DNA of 64,000 nucleotides, taken from contig OZ242195.1 in the NCBI GenBank assembly GCA_965205975.1, positions 3,862,656-3,926,655 on the forward strand. Reading direction: 5' to 3'. This document shows, piece after piece, positions 28,135 through 37,700 of the stretch. The position numbers were made by a program, and so were the translations under genes. Each line of letters begins with the position of its first letter. Within the stretch, counting starts at the first letter, position 1. The DNA is from Candidatus Latescibacterota bacterium. GTDB taxonomy: Bacteria; Latescibacterota; UBA2968. The notes under the pieces were generated by a model. It did no database searches, was not told the origin of the DNA, and saw only the letters and a program-made list of their open reading frames with translations.

Positions 28135-29919
28135 ATGAACGTCTTCCTCCGCCTCATCACATACATCCGCCCTTACCTGGGCCGCGTGTGCATCGGTATC
28201 GGCGCCACCCTCGTCATGATTGGCCTGGATGCCGCGCAACCCCTGCTCATGCGCGAAGTCATCGACAACATATTAACCCCTTACTTCACAGAAGGGAATT
28301 ATATTGGCGGCGACTTCTCCGACACAAAAATCGCAGCCGACTTCGACAGCCTCCAATTCTACGCCCTGCTCCTCCTCGGCATCTATATACTCCACACCAT
28401 CTTCAGCTTCATCAACCGCTACTTACTCAACCGAACGGGACAGGACATCCTCTTCAGCCTCCGCGTCCAGGTCTATGACCACCTCCAGCACCTGGGACTG
28501 CGTTTTTACAACGACCGCAGCACCGGCGAATTGATGTCGCGCGTAACCGCCGACGTCGAATCCCTCCAATACACCGTCACAGACACCCTGGAACGCGTAC
28601 TCGTAAATATCGCAACCATCGTCATCTACGGCATCATCCTCTTTGGCCTCAGCTTCGAACTCGCCCTCATTACCCTGTTGCCCATGCCTATATACAGCAT
28701 CCTCATCATCTTCTACAACCGCACCATACGCCCCTATTACACCATGGCACGCGAACGCATAGCCGACATCAGCGCCCTTTTGCAAGACAACCTCTCCGGC
28801 ATCCGCGTCATCAAATGCTTTGCCCGCGAAGGCCACGAACTCTCTCGCTTCACCCAAAAATGCAAAGCCTTCCTCACCATCAGCATCACCATCATCAAAA
28901 CCCGCGTCGCCTTCTTCCCCCTCGCCCGATTCATCATCTCCATGGGACCCCTCCTCGTCCTCCTCTTCGGCGGGCAACAAATCATCTCGGGCGACCTCAC
29001 CATCGGCACCCTCTTCGCCTTTCAAAGCTTTCTCTGGCGTTTCTACGGCCCCGTAGAAAGCCTCACCCGCATCAACGACACGATCGTACGCGCAGCCGCC
29101 TCAGCGCGTCGCATCTTTGAAATCCTGGACACCCAACCCGAAATAAAAGACACCCCCAATGCGCTCCCCTTTGACCGCCTGAACGGCAGCGTTGAATTTC
29201 AGAACGTCACCTTTGCCTACGAACACGGACCCCCTGTTCTCCAGGGCGTATCCCTCAGCGCACAACCCGGGCAACTCATCGGCCTCGTTGGCCCCAGCGG
29301 CGCGGGCAAAACCACCATCATCAACCTCATCTGCCGCTTCTATGACCCCGACTCTGGCACCGTGTGCGTTGACGGCCATGACCTCAAAAACATGCAACGC
29401 GCATCCTTGCGCAGCCAAATCGGCATGGTCTTACAAGAACCATTCCTCTTCAACGGAACCATCCGCGAAAACATCGCTTATGGCAAACTCAACGCCACCG
29501 AAACCGACATCATCAACGCCGCAATGATGGCCAACGCCCACGACTTCGTCTGCGGATTCCCGGACGCTTATGACACCCACATTGGCGAACGGGGCGTGCG
29601 CTTATCCGGCGGCGAAAAACAGCGCATCTCCATAGCCCGCGCCATCCTCAACGACCCGCGCATCCTCATCCTGGACGAAGCCACATCCTCTGTTGACACC
29701 GAAACCGAAATGCTCATACAAAACGCCCTCGAACGCCTCATGGAAGGCCGCACCACCTTTGCGATCGCCCATCGCTTATCCACCGTGCGCCGCGCCGACT
29801 GCCTCTACGTCATCGACCGCGGCAAAATCGTCGAATTCGGCACACACACCCAGCTACTCGCCAGCGACGGCCTCTACGCTCGCCTGTGCGACATGCAATT
29901 TGCCTTGGAAGAAGCGTGA
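28135..29919 (+). CDS. ABC transporter ATP-binding/permease fusion (MsbA-like type I exporter)
   Basis: 6-TM N-terminal domain. Walker A GPSGAGKTT, signature LSGGEKQR, Walker B ILILDEATSS, and the H-loop. Confidence 0.9.
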   Translation: MNVFLRLITYIRPYLGRVCIGIGATLVMIGLDAAQPLLMREVIDNILTPYFTEGNYIGGDFSDTKIAADFDSLQFYALLLLGIYILHTIFSFINRYLLNRTGQDILFSLRVQVYDHLQHLGLRFYNDRSTGELMSRVTADVESLQYTVTDTLERVLVNIATIVIYGIILFGLSFELALITLLPMPIYSILIIFYNRTIRPYYTMARERIADISALLQDNLSGIRVIKCFAREGHELSRFTQKCKAFLTISITIIKTRVAFFPLARFIISMGPLLVLLFGGQQIISGDLTIGTLFAFQSFLWRFYGPVESLTRINDTIVRAAASARRIFEILDTQPEIKDTPNALPFDRLNGSVEFQNVTFAYEHGPPVLQGVSLSAQPGQLIGLVGPSGAGKTTIINLICRFYDPDSGTVCVDGHDLKNMQRASLRSQIGMVLQEPFLFNGTIRENIAYGKLNATETDIINAAMMANAHDFVCGFPDAYDTHIGERGVRLSGGEKQRISIARAILNDPRILILDEATSSVDTETEMLIQNALERLMEGRTTFAIAHRLSTVRRADCLYVIDRGKIVEFGTHTQLLASDGLYARLCDMQFALEEA

Positions 29920-29922
29920 AAA

Positions 29923-30060
29923 AGCAACCACAGATGAACACAGATAAACACGGATGAAAGGCAAAAAGCGAAAGGCAAAATCAAAATCAAAACCTCTGGA
30001 TCGCGGCTAACACCATGCCGCGATGACAGACGGGACGGCACAGGGGCCGTCCCCTACGGA
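29923..30060. repeat. composite intergenic repeat (modules C+B+A variant)
   Basis: AGCAACCACAGATGAACACAGATAAACACGGATGAAAGGCAAAAAGC...; CTGGATCGCGGC..GCCGCGATGAC; GGGACGGCACAGGGGCCGTCCCCTAC. Confidence 0.85.
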
Positions 30061-30069
30061 GATCTCGAC

Positions 30070-30612
30070 ATGGACCTCATGGTACAACAACTCATCCCCG
30101 AAACCATTGACTTATGTCAAAACGGTGACAGCCTGATCCTCTTTGCCGACGGAGAAGAACTACACATCGATCACATCGTGCGATGTTTTCCCTTTTCCAC
30201 GCCCGATCAATGGATCAGCCTCCGCGACCGGGACAGAACCGAACTCGGCCTCTTGCCCACACTTGACGGATTAAATGCACAATCGCGGACACTCGTTGAA
30301 GAACACCTCAAAGACCGCTACGACATCCCCCAAATCCAGACCATACTCAACATCGAAAGCAACAAAGAAGGCGGCACAAACTGGGACATTGACACCAACG
30401 CGGGACCTATGAACTTCACACTCCGAGGCGACCAGAACCTCAACCTCAACGCATTTCCCGAAATCGTATTCACCGACGCCATAACGCGCAAACGCTACAA
30501 AATCCCCGACTATACCAAACTCGACCGCGCCAGCCAAAAAACCGCCCGCGCGTACCTGCCCATGAGCTCTCGCCACTACTCCGGGCGCCGCGGCGGCAGG
30601 AGTGGAAGGTAA
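30070..30612 (+). CDS. hypothetical protein (180 aa) downstream of the ABC exporter
   Basis: An ORF with a clean start. No family confidently recognised. Confidence 0.45.
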   Translation: MDLMVQQLIPETIDLCQNGDSLILFADGEELHIDHIVRCFPFSTPDQWISLRDRDRTELGLLPTLDGLNAQSRTLVEEHLKDRYDIPQIQTILNIESNKEGGTNWDIDTNAGPMNFTLRGDQNLNLNAFPEIVFTDAITRKRYKIPDYTKLDRASQKTARAYLPMSSRHYSGRRGGRSGR

Positions 30613-30802
30613 AAAAAACGGGCGACCACAGGGGGTCGCCCCTACAATACCTTCTGGATCGCACGGGACGGCACAGGGGCCGTCCCCTACACCATGCCTG
30701 CCCCTGTATGCTTTAAGCAGGGGCCGCGATGACATGCCTTTAACGTCTTGTATCTTACGTTTTATCGGTGTTTATCGGTGTTCATCTGTGGTTGCATTTC
30801 CC
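30613..30802. repeat. cluster of palindromic repeats (A variants, B, D, C reversed)
   Basis: GGGCGACCACAGGGGGTCGCCCCTACA; CTTCTGGATCGC..; GGGACGGCACAGGGGCCGTCCCCTACA; CCCCTGTATGCTTTAAGCAGGGG; the reversed C module TTATCGGTGTTTATCGGTGTTCATCTGTGGTTGCAT. Confidence 0.85.
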
Positions 30803-32260
30803 CTACTTCCCCCTTCTCGACCCCATCATCTTCGACGCGATCTCGACCTCCTCGGCAAACGCCTCTGCCTCATCGTCATACGTATCAAACGGATCGCGGA
30901 AACTCAAATGGAATTCATTTTCCAAATACACCGAATCCCAATCCACAATATACCGCACCCGATTTTGCGACAACGTCTTCACCATTGCCGCCCGCGCCTT
31001 TGCCCGCGTATCAGCCGGAGGCGCCCCACAAGCCTCTTCAACGCGCTCATCCGTCAGCACCCGCTGCATCTTACCCTGCTGCACCAGATCAAAATACAAC
31101 CCGCGATTGGGATCGATATTGTGATACTCCAAATCCAAACTCTGCAACCACGGATCGTTCCAACTCAAATTCTCCGACTCGCGAAACGCATCCAACAACC
31201 ACTTCTTAGCCACCCAGTCCAAACGATCTGTCAACTGCATCGGATCGGACTCCAGATCATCAAGTGTGCGCTCCCACTCATCCAGCACCCAATCTGACTC
31301 CTCATCCAAACCCCTCAAATGGCGTTGCGCCAAATCCAAATACGTGCGCTGTATATCAATAGCCGAAATAGACCGCCCATTCTGCCGATCCAGAATCCAC
31401 TTATGTGTCGGATCCCGCGAAATCTCCTTCAATGCCCACACCGGATCCCCCAGATCCACATCCTGAGGAAAAATTTTGCGCTCTAAGAGATTCAGCACCA
31501 TCGCAGTCGTACCAACCTTCAAAGCCGTCGCATACTCCGACATATTCGAATCGCCCACCAGAAGGTGCAAACGGCGGTACTTGCTGTGATCTGCCAGCGG
31601 TTCATCTCGCGTATTGATAATCGCGCGAGAAAACTGAATCCACTGATAAATCTCTGTAACAATATGATCGGCACGCTGAGAAATCTGGAAAGAAACCGCA
31701 TCCTCTGTATCGGCGGCATCTCGCACATTTTGCCCATAATAATAAAAACTATCATCATAACTGCCCACGCGACCTGCACCGCAAAAAATTTGGCGCGTCA
31801 CCAAGAACGGCAACAACGCGGGAATAACAACCGTTGAAAACGGCACATTGCGCCTGACCAGATAATTTTCATGACAGCCAAACGTCGCACCCGTATAATG
31901 ATCGATATTATTCTTCAAAAACGAAGCTTCTTTAGCCAACCCCAGCGCGTGCAATGCCCGATACAAAATACAATCGCCCGCCCGATCAAAAGCCACAATA
32001 TCCCACAACCCCATACACTCCGGCGTGGCGTATTCCAGATGCCCCATATCGATATAAACCCGCCCCGCATTAAACAAAAAACCCCCATTGCCCGGGGGTT
32101 CATCCCGTCCGCGATAGTGAATATCTACAATCCCTATTCGGTCAACGTGAAAAATGTGATCCTTTACCTTCACCGAAATCGTATCTGGACTCACAAAACC
32201 CTCGTGCTCGGGTGCCAAACACCCATACTCGGTTTCTATGCCAAAAATGCGATCTCTCAT
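30803..32260 (-). CDS. Pup-ligase-family protein (PafA/Dop homolog), paralog 2
   Basis: N-terminal MRDRIFGIETEYG is the Pup-ligase/deamidase signature, and the carboxylate-amine ligase fold has the expected length (485 aa). A second paralog lies at 34274..35797. Confidence 0.85.
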   Translation of the reverse strand: MRDRIFGIETEYGCLAPEHEGFVSPDTISVKVKDHIFHVDRIGIVDIHYRGRDEPPGNGGFLFNAGRVYIDMGHLEYATPECMGLWDIVAFDRAGDCILYRALHALGLAKEASFLKNNIDHYTGATFGCHENYLVRRNVPFSTVVIPALLPFLVTRQIFCGAGRVGSYDDSFYYYGQNVRDAADTEDAVSFQISQRADHIVTEIYQWIQFSRAIINTRDEPLADHSKYRRLHLLVGDSNMSEYATALKVGTTAMVLNLLERKIFPQDVDLGDPVWALKEISRDPTHKWILDRQNGRSISAIDIQRTYLDLAQRHLRGLDEESDWVLDEWERTLDDLESDPMQLTDRLDWVAKKWLLDAFRESENLSWNDPWLQSLDLEYHNIDPNRGLYFDLVQQGKMQRVLTDERVEEACGAPPADTRAKARAAMVKTLSQNRVRYIVDWDSVYLENEFHLSFRDPFDTYDDEAEAFAEEVEIASKMMGSRRGK

Positions 32261-32278
32261 GGGGGGGCCTCAATGATA

Positions 32279-32336
32279 GATGGGCGAGGCATGCCTCGCT
32301 CCTACAATCGGGCAACCACGAGGGTTGCCCCTACAA
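32279..32336. repeat. two tandem A-type hairpin repeats between prcA and the pafA-like gene
   Basis: GGGCGAGGCATGCCTCGCTCCTACAATC + GGGCAACCACGAGGGTTGCCCCTACAAT. Confidence 0.85.
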
Positions 32337-33122
32337 TATAAACGGTGCCAGCGCGGGCGCAATCTCTTCTGCATCGACATTGCGATATTTGTTTTTACCC
32401 ACCTGCGACCGCCCCAACACCACCGCCTCCACCTCCAAATCCACCAACGCCGTCTCAAGCACATCAGCCACATCGACCGCCCCAGCCACCTGCTCCAACT
32501 CGTCGGCATCTGTAGGTACCTCTTCCATCTTCCCAATCCATCGCCCGATTGCCCAGGCGCGAAGCGCAGCACCTGCGGCATCTGACAAAGACAACGCCTC
32601 CGTATCCAAACCCGACAACTCGCGCACCATCATCACATCTGCCTCCACAACACCCCCCACAGCAACACATCCCTCGTGCCGATAAAACGCACCATCGTAA
32701 TCCACCGTATAAAAAATCTGCGCCCCCTCCTGCCCATCCAACTCCGCCAGAAGCACCCGCGCCAAAAACGGAGACCGCACCACATCGTCAAACCCCGCCT
32801 TCATCGCAGGACCCAGACCAAAATACACAATCTGGCGCAACGTCACATCGTCCTCTGAATAATTAAACCCAATCGAATGCGCCATATCAATCGCAGCCTG
32901 CCTGAGCTTCTCGATATCCGTCGAATGCCCAATCGCCGCAAGTCCGATGCAGTCGTACACCTCAAACACCTTTTGCTGACTCTGCGACAGCGTCAGCAAC
33001 AAAATCCCATCCTCGTACCCAACACCCACAACCGGACTCCCCGTCCGAATCTGATCTTCGATATAATCGCGCCGATTCGCAACAGCCTCTGCCCAGCGAT
33101 ACGGCTCATCTGACAACATCAT
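32331..33122 (-). CDS. prcA: 20S proteasome alpha subunit
   Basis: 263 aa of Ntn-hydrolase family lacking the N-terminal Thr. It sits immediately downstream of the beta subunit with a 4-nt overlap. Confidence 0.8.
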   Translation of the reverse strand: MMLSDEPYRWAEAVANRRDYIEDQIRTGSPVVGVGYEDGILLLTLSQSQQKVFEVYDCIGLAAIGHSTDIEKLRQAAIDMAHSIGFNYSEDDVTLRQIVYFGLGPAMKAGFDDVVRSPFLARVLLAELDGQEGAQIFYTVDYDGAFYRHEGCVAVGGVVEADVMMVRELSGLDTEALSLSDAAGAALRAWAIGRWIGKMEEVPTDADELEQVAGAVDVADVLETALVDLEVEAVVLGRSQVGKNKYRNVDAEEIAPALAPFIL

Positions 33123-33922
33123 GCGCGTCCCGCCTCCTCCCCATCCACATATTGAACATAGAGCTGCCGCAACGCCTCGGTCTCGATCTCTTCCAGACCC
33201 GACGCCGTAATCGTCTTCACCGACGGAAAAATATCAGCCGACCGCTCGTATCGACCCGTCGCCGAATCGTATTCTGACGCTGTATCCAGAAGCTGAAGCG
33301 CGTGCCCGATAGCCGCATCGCGATCCATCTCCACAAACCGCCGACCGCTCCAGCGATTCAAATAATACATCGCCCCGCGAATCGCCGGCGACCCCGACCC
33401 CGTCGTCGTAAAATCGGCGCTCTCGAACTGCGCCCCCAGCGCATCGTAAAAATAAATTTTACCCCGCGCATCCACCTGATCATACGTCGCAAAAATGGGA
33501 ATCACAGCACCAATACCCTGCATCGCCATCGGCAAATTATCCTTAATCAACAGCGACAACCTGCGCAACTTCGCCTGCAAACTCATCTCCTGAAGCAAAC
33601 GACGGCGATAATACTGAAATGCATGCTCCAAAATTCGCGCAATCTCAAACGCAATAGACGGCGATCCCGAAATCGCCATCACAGAATACGCATCCAGATC
33701 AATCACCTTATCCGCGCGATCATAAAGCACCATATTGCCCGCTGTAGCGCGGCGATCACCTGCAACGAGCACCCCATCGGCATATTGAAATGCCAGAATC
33801 GTCGTCGCATCCGTCGGCTCAAAAGGCAAATCGCGCTCGGACTGAACATCGCCCAAATTTTCACCTGGGAACCGGTAGCCCGTCTGCCGCAGCAAATCGA
33901 CAAAATCCCCACCCGATTGCAT
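33119..33922 (-). CDS. prcB: 20S proteasome beta subunit
   Basis: Propeptide, then TTILAFQYADGVLVAGDRRAT (active-site Thr context) and GSGS. Confidence 0.85.
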   Translation of the reverse strand: MQSGGDFVDLLRQTGYRFPGENLGDVQSERDLPFEPTDATTILAFQYADGVLVAGDRRATAGNMVLYDRADKVIDLDAYSVMAISGSPSIAFEIARILEHAFQYYRRRLLQEMSLQAKLRRLSLLIKDNLPMAMQGIGAVIPIFATYDQVDARGKIYFYDALGAQFESADFTTTGSGSPAIRGAMYYLNRWSGRRFVEMDRDAAIGHALQLLDTASEYDSATGRYERSADIFPSVKTITASGLEEIETEALRQLYVQYVDGEEAGRA

Positions 33923-33925
33923 AAG

Positions 33926-34117
33926 CTACTCGCCTGTACGCTGGCGATAACGCCGCGCCTGATTGGGATCAACGCGCCGCATGCGCCGCAGCAAATCGCG
34001 CGTATCTGGCCGCTCCACCTTCGGGCGCGCAGGGCCACCATCGCCATCATCACCAGGACCAGGACCTCCCGGATCGACTGGCTTCGTCCGTCGCTCAAAC
34101 TGCAAGACCTTATCCAT
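33926..34117 (-). CDS. prokaryotic ubiquitin-like protein of the UBact type (Pup homolog ending in RTGE)
   Basis: 63 aa, Gly/Asp/Pro-rich and apparently disordered: MDKVLQFERRTKPVDPGGPGPGDDGDGGPARPKVERPDTRDLLRRMRRVDPNQARRYRQRTGE. The conserved C-terminal ...RQRTGE and the position between the dop/pafA-like gene and prcB both fit. Confidence 0.75.
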   Translation of the reverse strand: MDKVLQFERRTKPVDPGGPGPGDDGDGGPARPKVERPDTRDLLRRMRRVDPNQARRYRQRTGE

Positions 34118-34202
34118 CTACGGCCTCCTTAATGAAAAATGTCTGAATCAGGATTTACAGGATTATAGGATGAAAAACAAAATCAAAACCAACAGCAAAA
34201 TC

Positions 34203-34240
34203 TTCTGGATCGCGGCTTACACCCTGCCGCGATGACAATC
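34203..34240. repeat. B-type palindromic repeat
   Basis: CTTCTGGATCGCGGCTTACACCCTGCCGCGATGAC. Confidence 0.85.
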
Positions 34241-34273
34241 ACCCCTCACACTTCACACTTTCTCCTTCACACT

Positions 34274-35797
34274 TCACACTTTCTCCAACGCAGCTAAAAA
34301 ACTTTCCAACGTCTCCGAACGATCAAGCACCTCATTATAACGCTCTACCCGCTCCGCATCCACCAATAATTTCATATCCACTGCATGCTGGCGGCCATTG
34401 CGCTTAAACACAATGCGATCCCAGTTAATCGACGACACATAATCGCCGAACTTCTCCAAACTGCGCCCTCGAAAATACGCCCGCGTACCCGAAGGCGGTT
34501 CCGACATCGCCGCAGCCACCTCATCATCGCCCACCAGACGCACCATCTGCCCCTGCGACTCCAGCAAATAATACAAACCCGCATCCCGATCCACATTGCT
34601 ATACTCCAGATCCTGACTCTGCATCCAGAACAAATCATCGGGATTATCCCACGCCAGATTCTCCGCCTCGCAAAAACTATCGATCAACCACTTCTTCGTC
34701 ACCCAATCGCACACACCCACCAGATCCATCGGATCGCGGCTCAACTTCTCCAACACATCTTCCCACGCCGACAACACCCAATCCGTCTCTCGATCCCGCC
34801 CGGCAAACTCGCGCCGTGCCAAATTCAAAAACGCATCCTGAATCTCAACCGCGGGAACGAGGCGATGGCCGGGCCCCTCCACCTCAACCAACCACGCATG
34901 CGACTGATCCCGCGCGATATTCTTCATCGCCGCAATCGGATCCTTCAACCGATAATCCGGCAAACAATCCGCCTCAATCAAATCGATCACCAGCGCCGTT
35001 GTCCCCACCTTAAGCGCCGTAATATACTCCGACATATTGGCATCGCCCACAATTACATGCAACCGGCGATATTGCGCCGCATCTGCGTGGGGTTCATCGC
35101 GCGTATTCACAACCGGACGCTTGTGCATCGTATCCACACTCGCGATCACCTCAAAAAACTCCGCGCGCTGCGACAACTGATAAATCGGTGCGCGATCCTC
35201 CCGCTCAACCCCCACCTTGCCAGCCCCGCAAAAAATTTGCCGCGTGGGGAAAAACAACAACAACCCCTTCAATATACGCTCGAAAGGCACCGAGCGATCC
35301 ATCAAATAATTCTCGTGACACCCATAGCTATGCCCTTCAAAATCCGTATTATTCTTATACATCCGCACAGTGCCCTGATCGAGCATCTCCGTCCGCCGCT
35401 GCGCGCAAATATCCACAATGCGCTCCCCCGCCTTATCCTGTGCCACAAGCTCGAACAAACTTATGCACTCACCCGTCGAATACTCTGGATGCGTATGATC
35501 GTTGTAAAACCGGGACCCATTGTAAATAATCAAATCGCTCTTCAATTCCTTAAACGGAATCTTGCGCTTGCGATCCTGTTGCAAATGCACCTTTTCATCG
35601 ACATCATTCAACAGATTTTTAACTTCAAACCCCCGCTCATCCCGACGGGGATTCTCCAGCCGATAATCCCACAACGGAACAAACTTACCCTGCTGATAGC
35701 ACCGAATCAACTGCATTGACTCTTCCACCACATCGACCTTATCCACCTCGTCAATCGTGATTCCGTATTCTGTTTCTATACCGAATAAGCGCGTCAT
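34274..35797 (-). CDS. Pup-ligase-family protein (Dop/PafA homolog), paralog 1
   Basis: MTRLFGIETEYG at the N-terminus. 507 aa, homologous to 30803..32260 throughout (GCHENYL, RQIFCGAGKVG). Confidence 0.85.
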   Translation of the reverse strand: MTRLFGIETEYGITIDEVDKVDVVEESMQLIRCYQQGKFVPLWDYRLENPRRDERGFEVKNLLNDVDEKVHLQQDRKRKIPFKELKSDLIIYNGSRFYNDHTHPEYSTGECISLFELVAQDKAGERIVDICAQRRTEMLDQGTVRMYKNNTDFEGHSYGCHENYLMDRSVPFERILKGLLLFFPTRQIFCGAGKVGVEREDRAPIYQLSQRAEFFEVIASVDTMHKRPVVNTRDEPHADAAQYRRLHVIVGDANMSEYITALKVGTTALVIDLIEADCLPDYRLKDPIAAMKNIARDQSHAWLVEVEGPGHRLVPAVEIQDAFLNLARREFAGRDRETDWVLSAWEDVLEKLSRDPMDLVGVCDWVTKKWLIDSFCEAENLAWDNPDDLFWMQSQDLEYSNVDRDAGLYYLLESQGQMVRLVGDDEVAAAMSEPPSGTRAYFRGRSLEKFGDYVSSINWDRIVFKRNGRQHAVDMKLLVDAERVERYNEVLDRSETLESFLAALEKV

Positions 35798-35895
35798 AAT
35801 TCAGTCCCGAACCACCACCTGCGGGCGGGCACAAGACCCGCCCCTACAATTTTTCCATCTGCGTCCATCTGCGTCCATCTGCGTCTATCTGCGGA

Positions 35896-37536
35896 TCACA
35901 CCACACCATGCCCGCGGGTGCGTCGTTCTCGCCTGGGGCGAATCGGTGCTGCGCGCACCACATTTTCCGGATCGTAATCCAGCAACTTCAACCAATCCTC
36001 TGTATTATCCGTCGGCGGGAAAATCTCATTCTCGCTATACTCCGTCTCAATCCCCGCGAGCAAATCGTCAAAACCAATCCCATCTTCCGCGCCAGAAGCA
36101 ATACACCGCTTAATCGCAATCTCCTTCGCACGCTGCGCAATAGACTCGAGAATTGCCCCACTACACAGATCTCCGCGACTCAACACTTCCTTCCGACCGC
36201 TTCTAAGCGTCACCTCCAAAAAACGCGTATCATCGCGCCTGGCATATATCTCTGCAATCGCGCGCGCCACCAGATCGTCAACTGCTGCCCGCACATTGCC
36301 ATCATGCACATTTAACGCAGCCTCTGACAGCGGCAAATCAGCCGTCAAATAAATACCCAAAATCTCGCGCGCCGCATCCATATCCGGTCGAATAACCTTG
36401 ATCTTGCGATCAATTCTCCCCGGACGCAAAATCGCCGGATCGATCAAATCTGGACGATTGGACGTCAAAATAATCACCACATCTTGCAGTGACTCGATCC
36501 CATCCATCTCGGAACAAAACATCGGCACAACCGTATTTGAAATATTGTGCGACCGAATTGCCCGCCGCGTCCCCAAAACCGACTCTGCCTCGTCGATAAA
36601 CACCACCGGCAAAAATCCCTCGCGCCGCTTCTCCCGCGCCTGGGAGAAAATCTCGCGCACCTTGCGTTCAGACTCTCCCAACCACATATTCAAAATCTCA
36701 GGACCCTTAATATGCATAAAACACGCCTTGAGATTCAGGCCGTCTTCCTGCACCTGCCGCTCCAGATTGTACGCCGTCGCCTTCCCAATCAGCGTCTTGC
36801 CACACCCCGGCGGACCGTACAACAAAAACCCCTTGGGCGTACTGTACTGAAACCGCTTAAACAACTCTGGATGCAACACCGGCATCTCAATCGTATCTTT
36901 AATCGCCTGAATCGCATCCTTTTGTCCACCGATCTTCTCCCACGGCAAATCGGGCACTTCCTCCAAATAAAAATCCTTAACCTCGCACATCTTCTCCAGC
37001 GCCACGCGAAAATGCGGATCGATACGCACCTCTTCGCCCGCCTTCAAAGCCTCGGCCTCCAGATCTGCCCCTCGCAGCAGAACATGCGTCTGCGAACCGT
37101 GCTCTTGCCCCACCTGCAAACGCCCATCGTCCAGCACATCGACAATTTTGCCCACAGTCCCCGACGGAGACTCCCCCATATCGCCCACCACGGCAAACGC
37201 CTCATTGACCAGCACGCGCGTACCCACCCTCAAACTGCGGTCATCCAACCGCGAATCCACATTCGCATAATACTCCGCCCCCCCCACCGTAAGATACGCG
37301 ATACCATTCTCTGGCGGTGCCAACAGCGTCCCCACCCGATTGGCCGGAGCCGTCACCTTCTCCAGCGCCCCTTCCAGCTCCACAATCGTGCGCCTCGCCT
37401 CTTCAAACGTAATCTCATCTTCCTGAAGCTGCCGACGCAACTGGTACAACAGGGGCCGCCGTCGATCCGTCTCATCCATCGTCATCAAAATTTGATCGAT
37501 AATCGACAACGACTGAAACGTATGCTGCATATCCAC
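35896..37536 (-). CDS. proteasome-associated AAA+ ATPase (Mpa/ARC family)
   Basis: N-terminal coiled coil, an OB/inter-domain, and an AAA module with Walker A GPPGCGKT, Walker B VVFIDEAES and a second-region-of-homology SNRPDLIDPAILRPGRIDRKI. 546 aa. Confidence 0.85.
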   Translation of the reverse strand: MDMQHTFQSLSIIDQILMTMDETDRRRPLLYQLRRQLQEDEITFEEARRTIVELEGALEKVTAPANRVGTLLAPPENGIAYLTVGGAEYYANVDSRLDDRSLRVGTRVLVNEAFAVVGDMGESPSGTVGKIVDVLDDGRLQVGQEHGSQTHVLLRGADLEAEALKAGEEVRIDPHFRVALEKMCEVKDFYLEEVPDLPWEKIGGQKDAIQAIKDTIEMPVLHPELFKRFQYSTPKGFLLYGPPGCGKTLIGKATAYNLERQVQEDGLNLKACFMHIKGPEILNMWLGESERKVREIFSQAREKRREGFLPVVFIDEAESVLGTRRAIRSHNISNTVVPMFCSEMDGIESLQDVVIILTSNRPDLIDPAILRPGRIDRKIKVIRPDMDAAREILGIYLTADLPLSEAALNVHDGNVRAAVDDLVARAIAEIYARRDDTRFLEVTLRSGRKEVLSRGDLCSGAILESIAQRAKEIAIKRCIASGAEDGIGFDDLLAGIETEYSENEIFPPTDNTEDWLKLLDYDPENVVRAAPIRPRRERRTRGHGVV

Positions 37537-37675
37537 ATAGTCCTGAAGAAAATCTTCAGGTGACTTTCTCTGACGATCAGAATCATTGGTATTGATGGGT
37601 CACCTCCGGATCAGGATGTGCAGGAAAGATTTTCTGAAGAATACCATATCTCAAAACCCGTGTCAAGCCGCGAGA

Positions 37676-37700
37676 CGGGCGAGGCATGCCTCGCCCCTAC
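37676..37700. repeat. A-type palindromic repeat
   Basis: GGGCGAGGCATGCCTCGCCCCTAC. Confidence 0.9.

Noticed and set aside
33926-34117. Calling the 63-aa ORF a canonical actinobacterial Pup (GGQ/GGE C-terminus) requiring Dop deamidation.
   Set aside because: The C-terminus is RTGE, not GGQ/GGE. It fits the UBact-type variant, so I did not infer a deamidation step.
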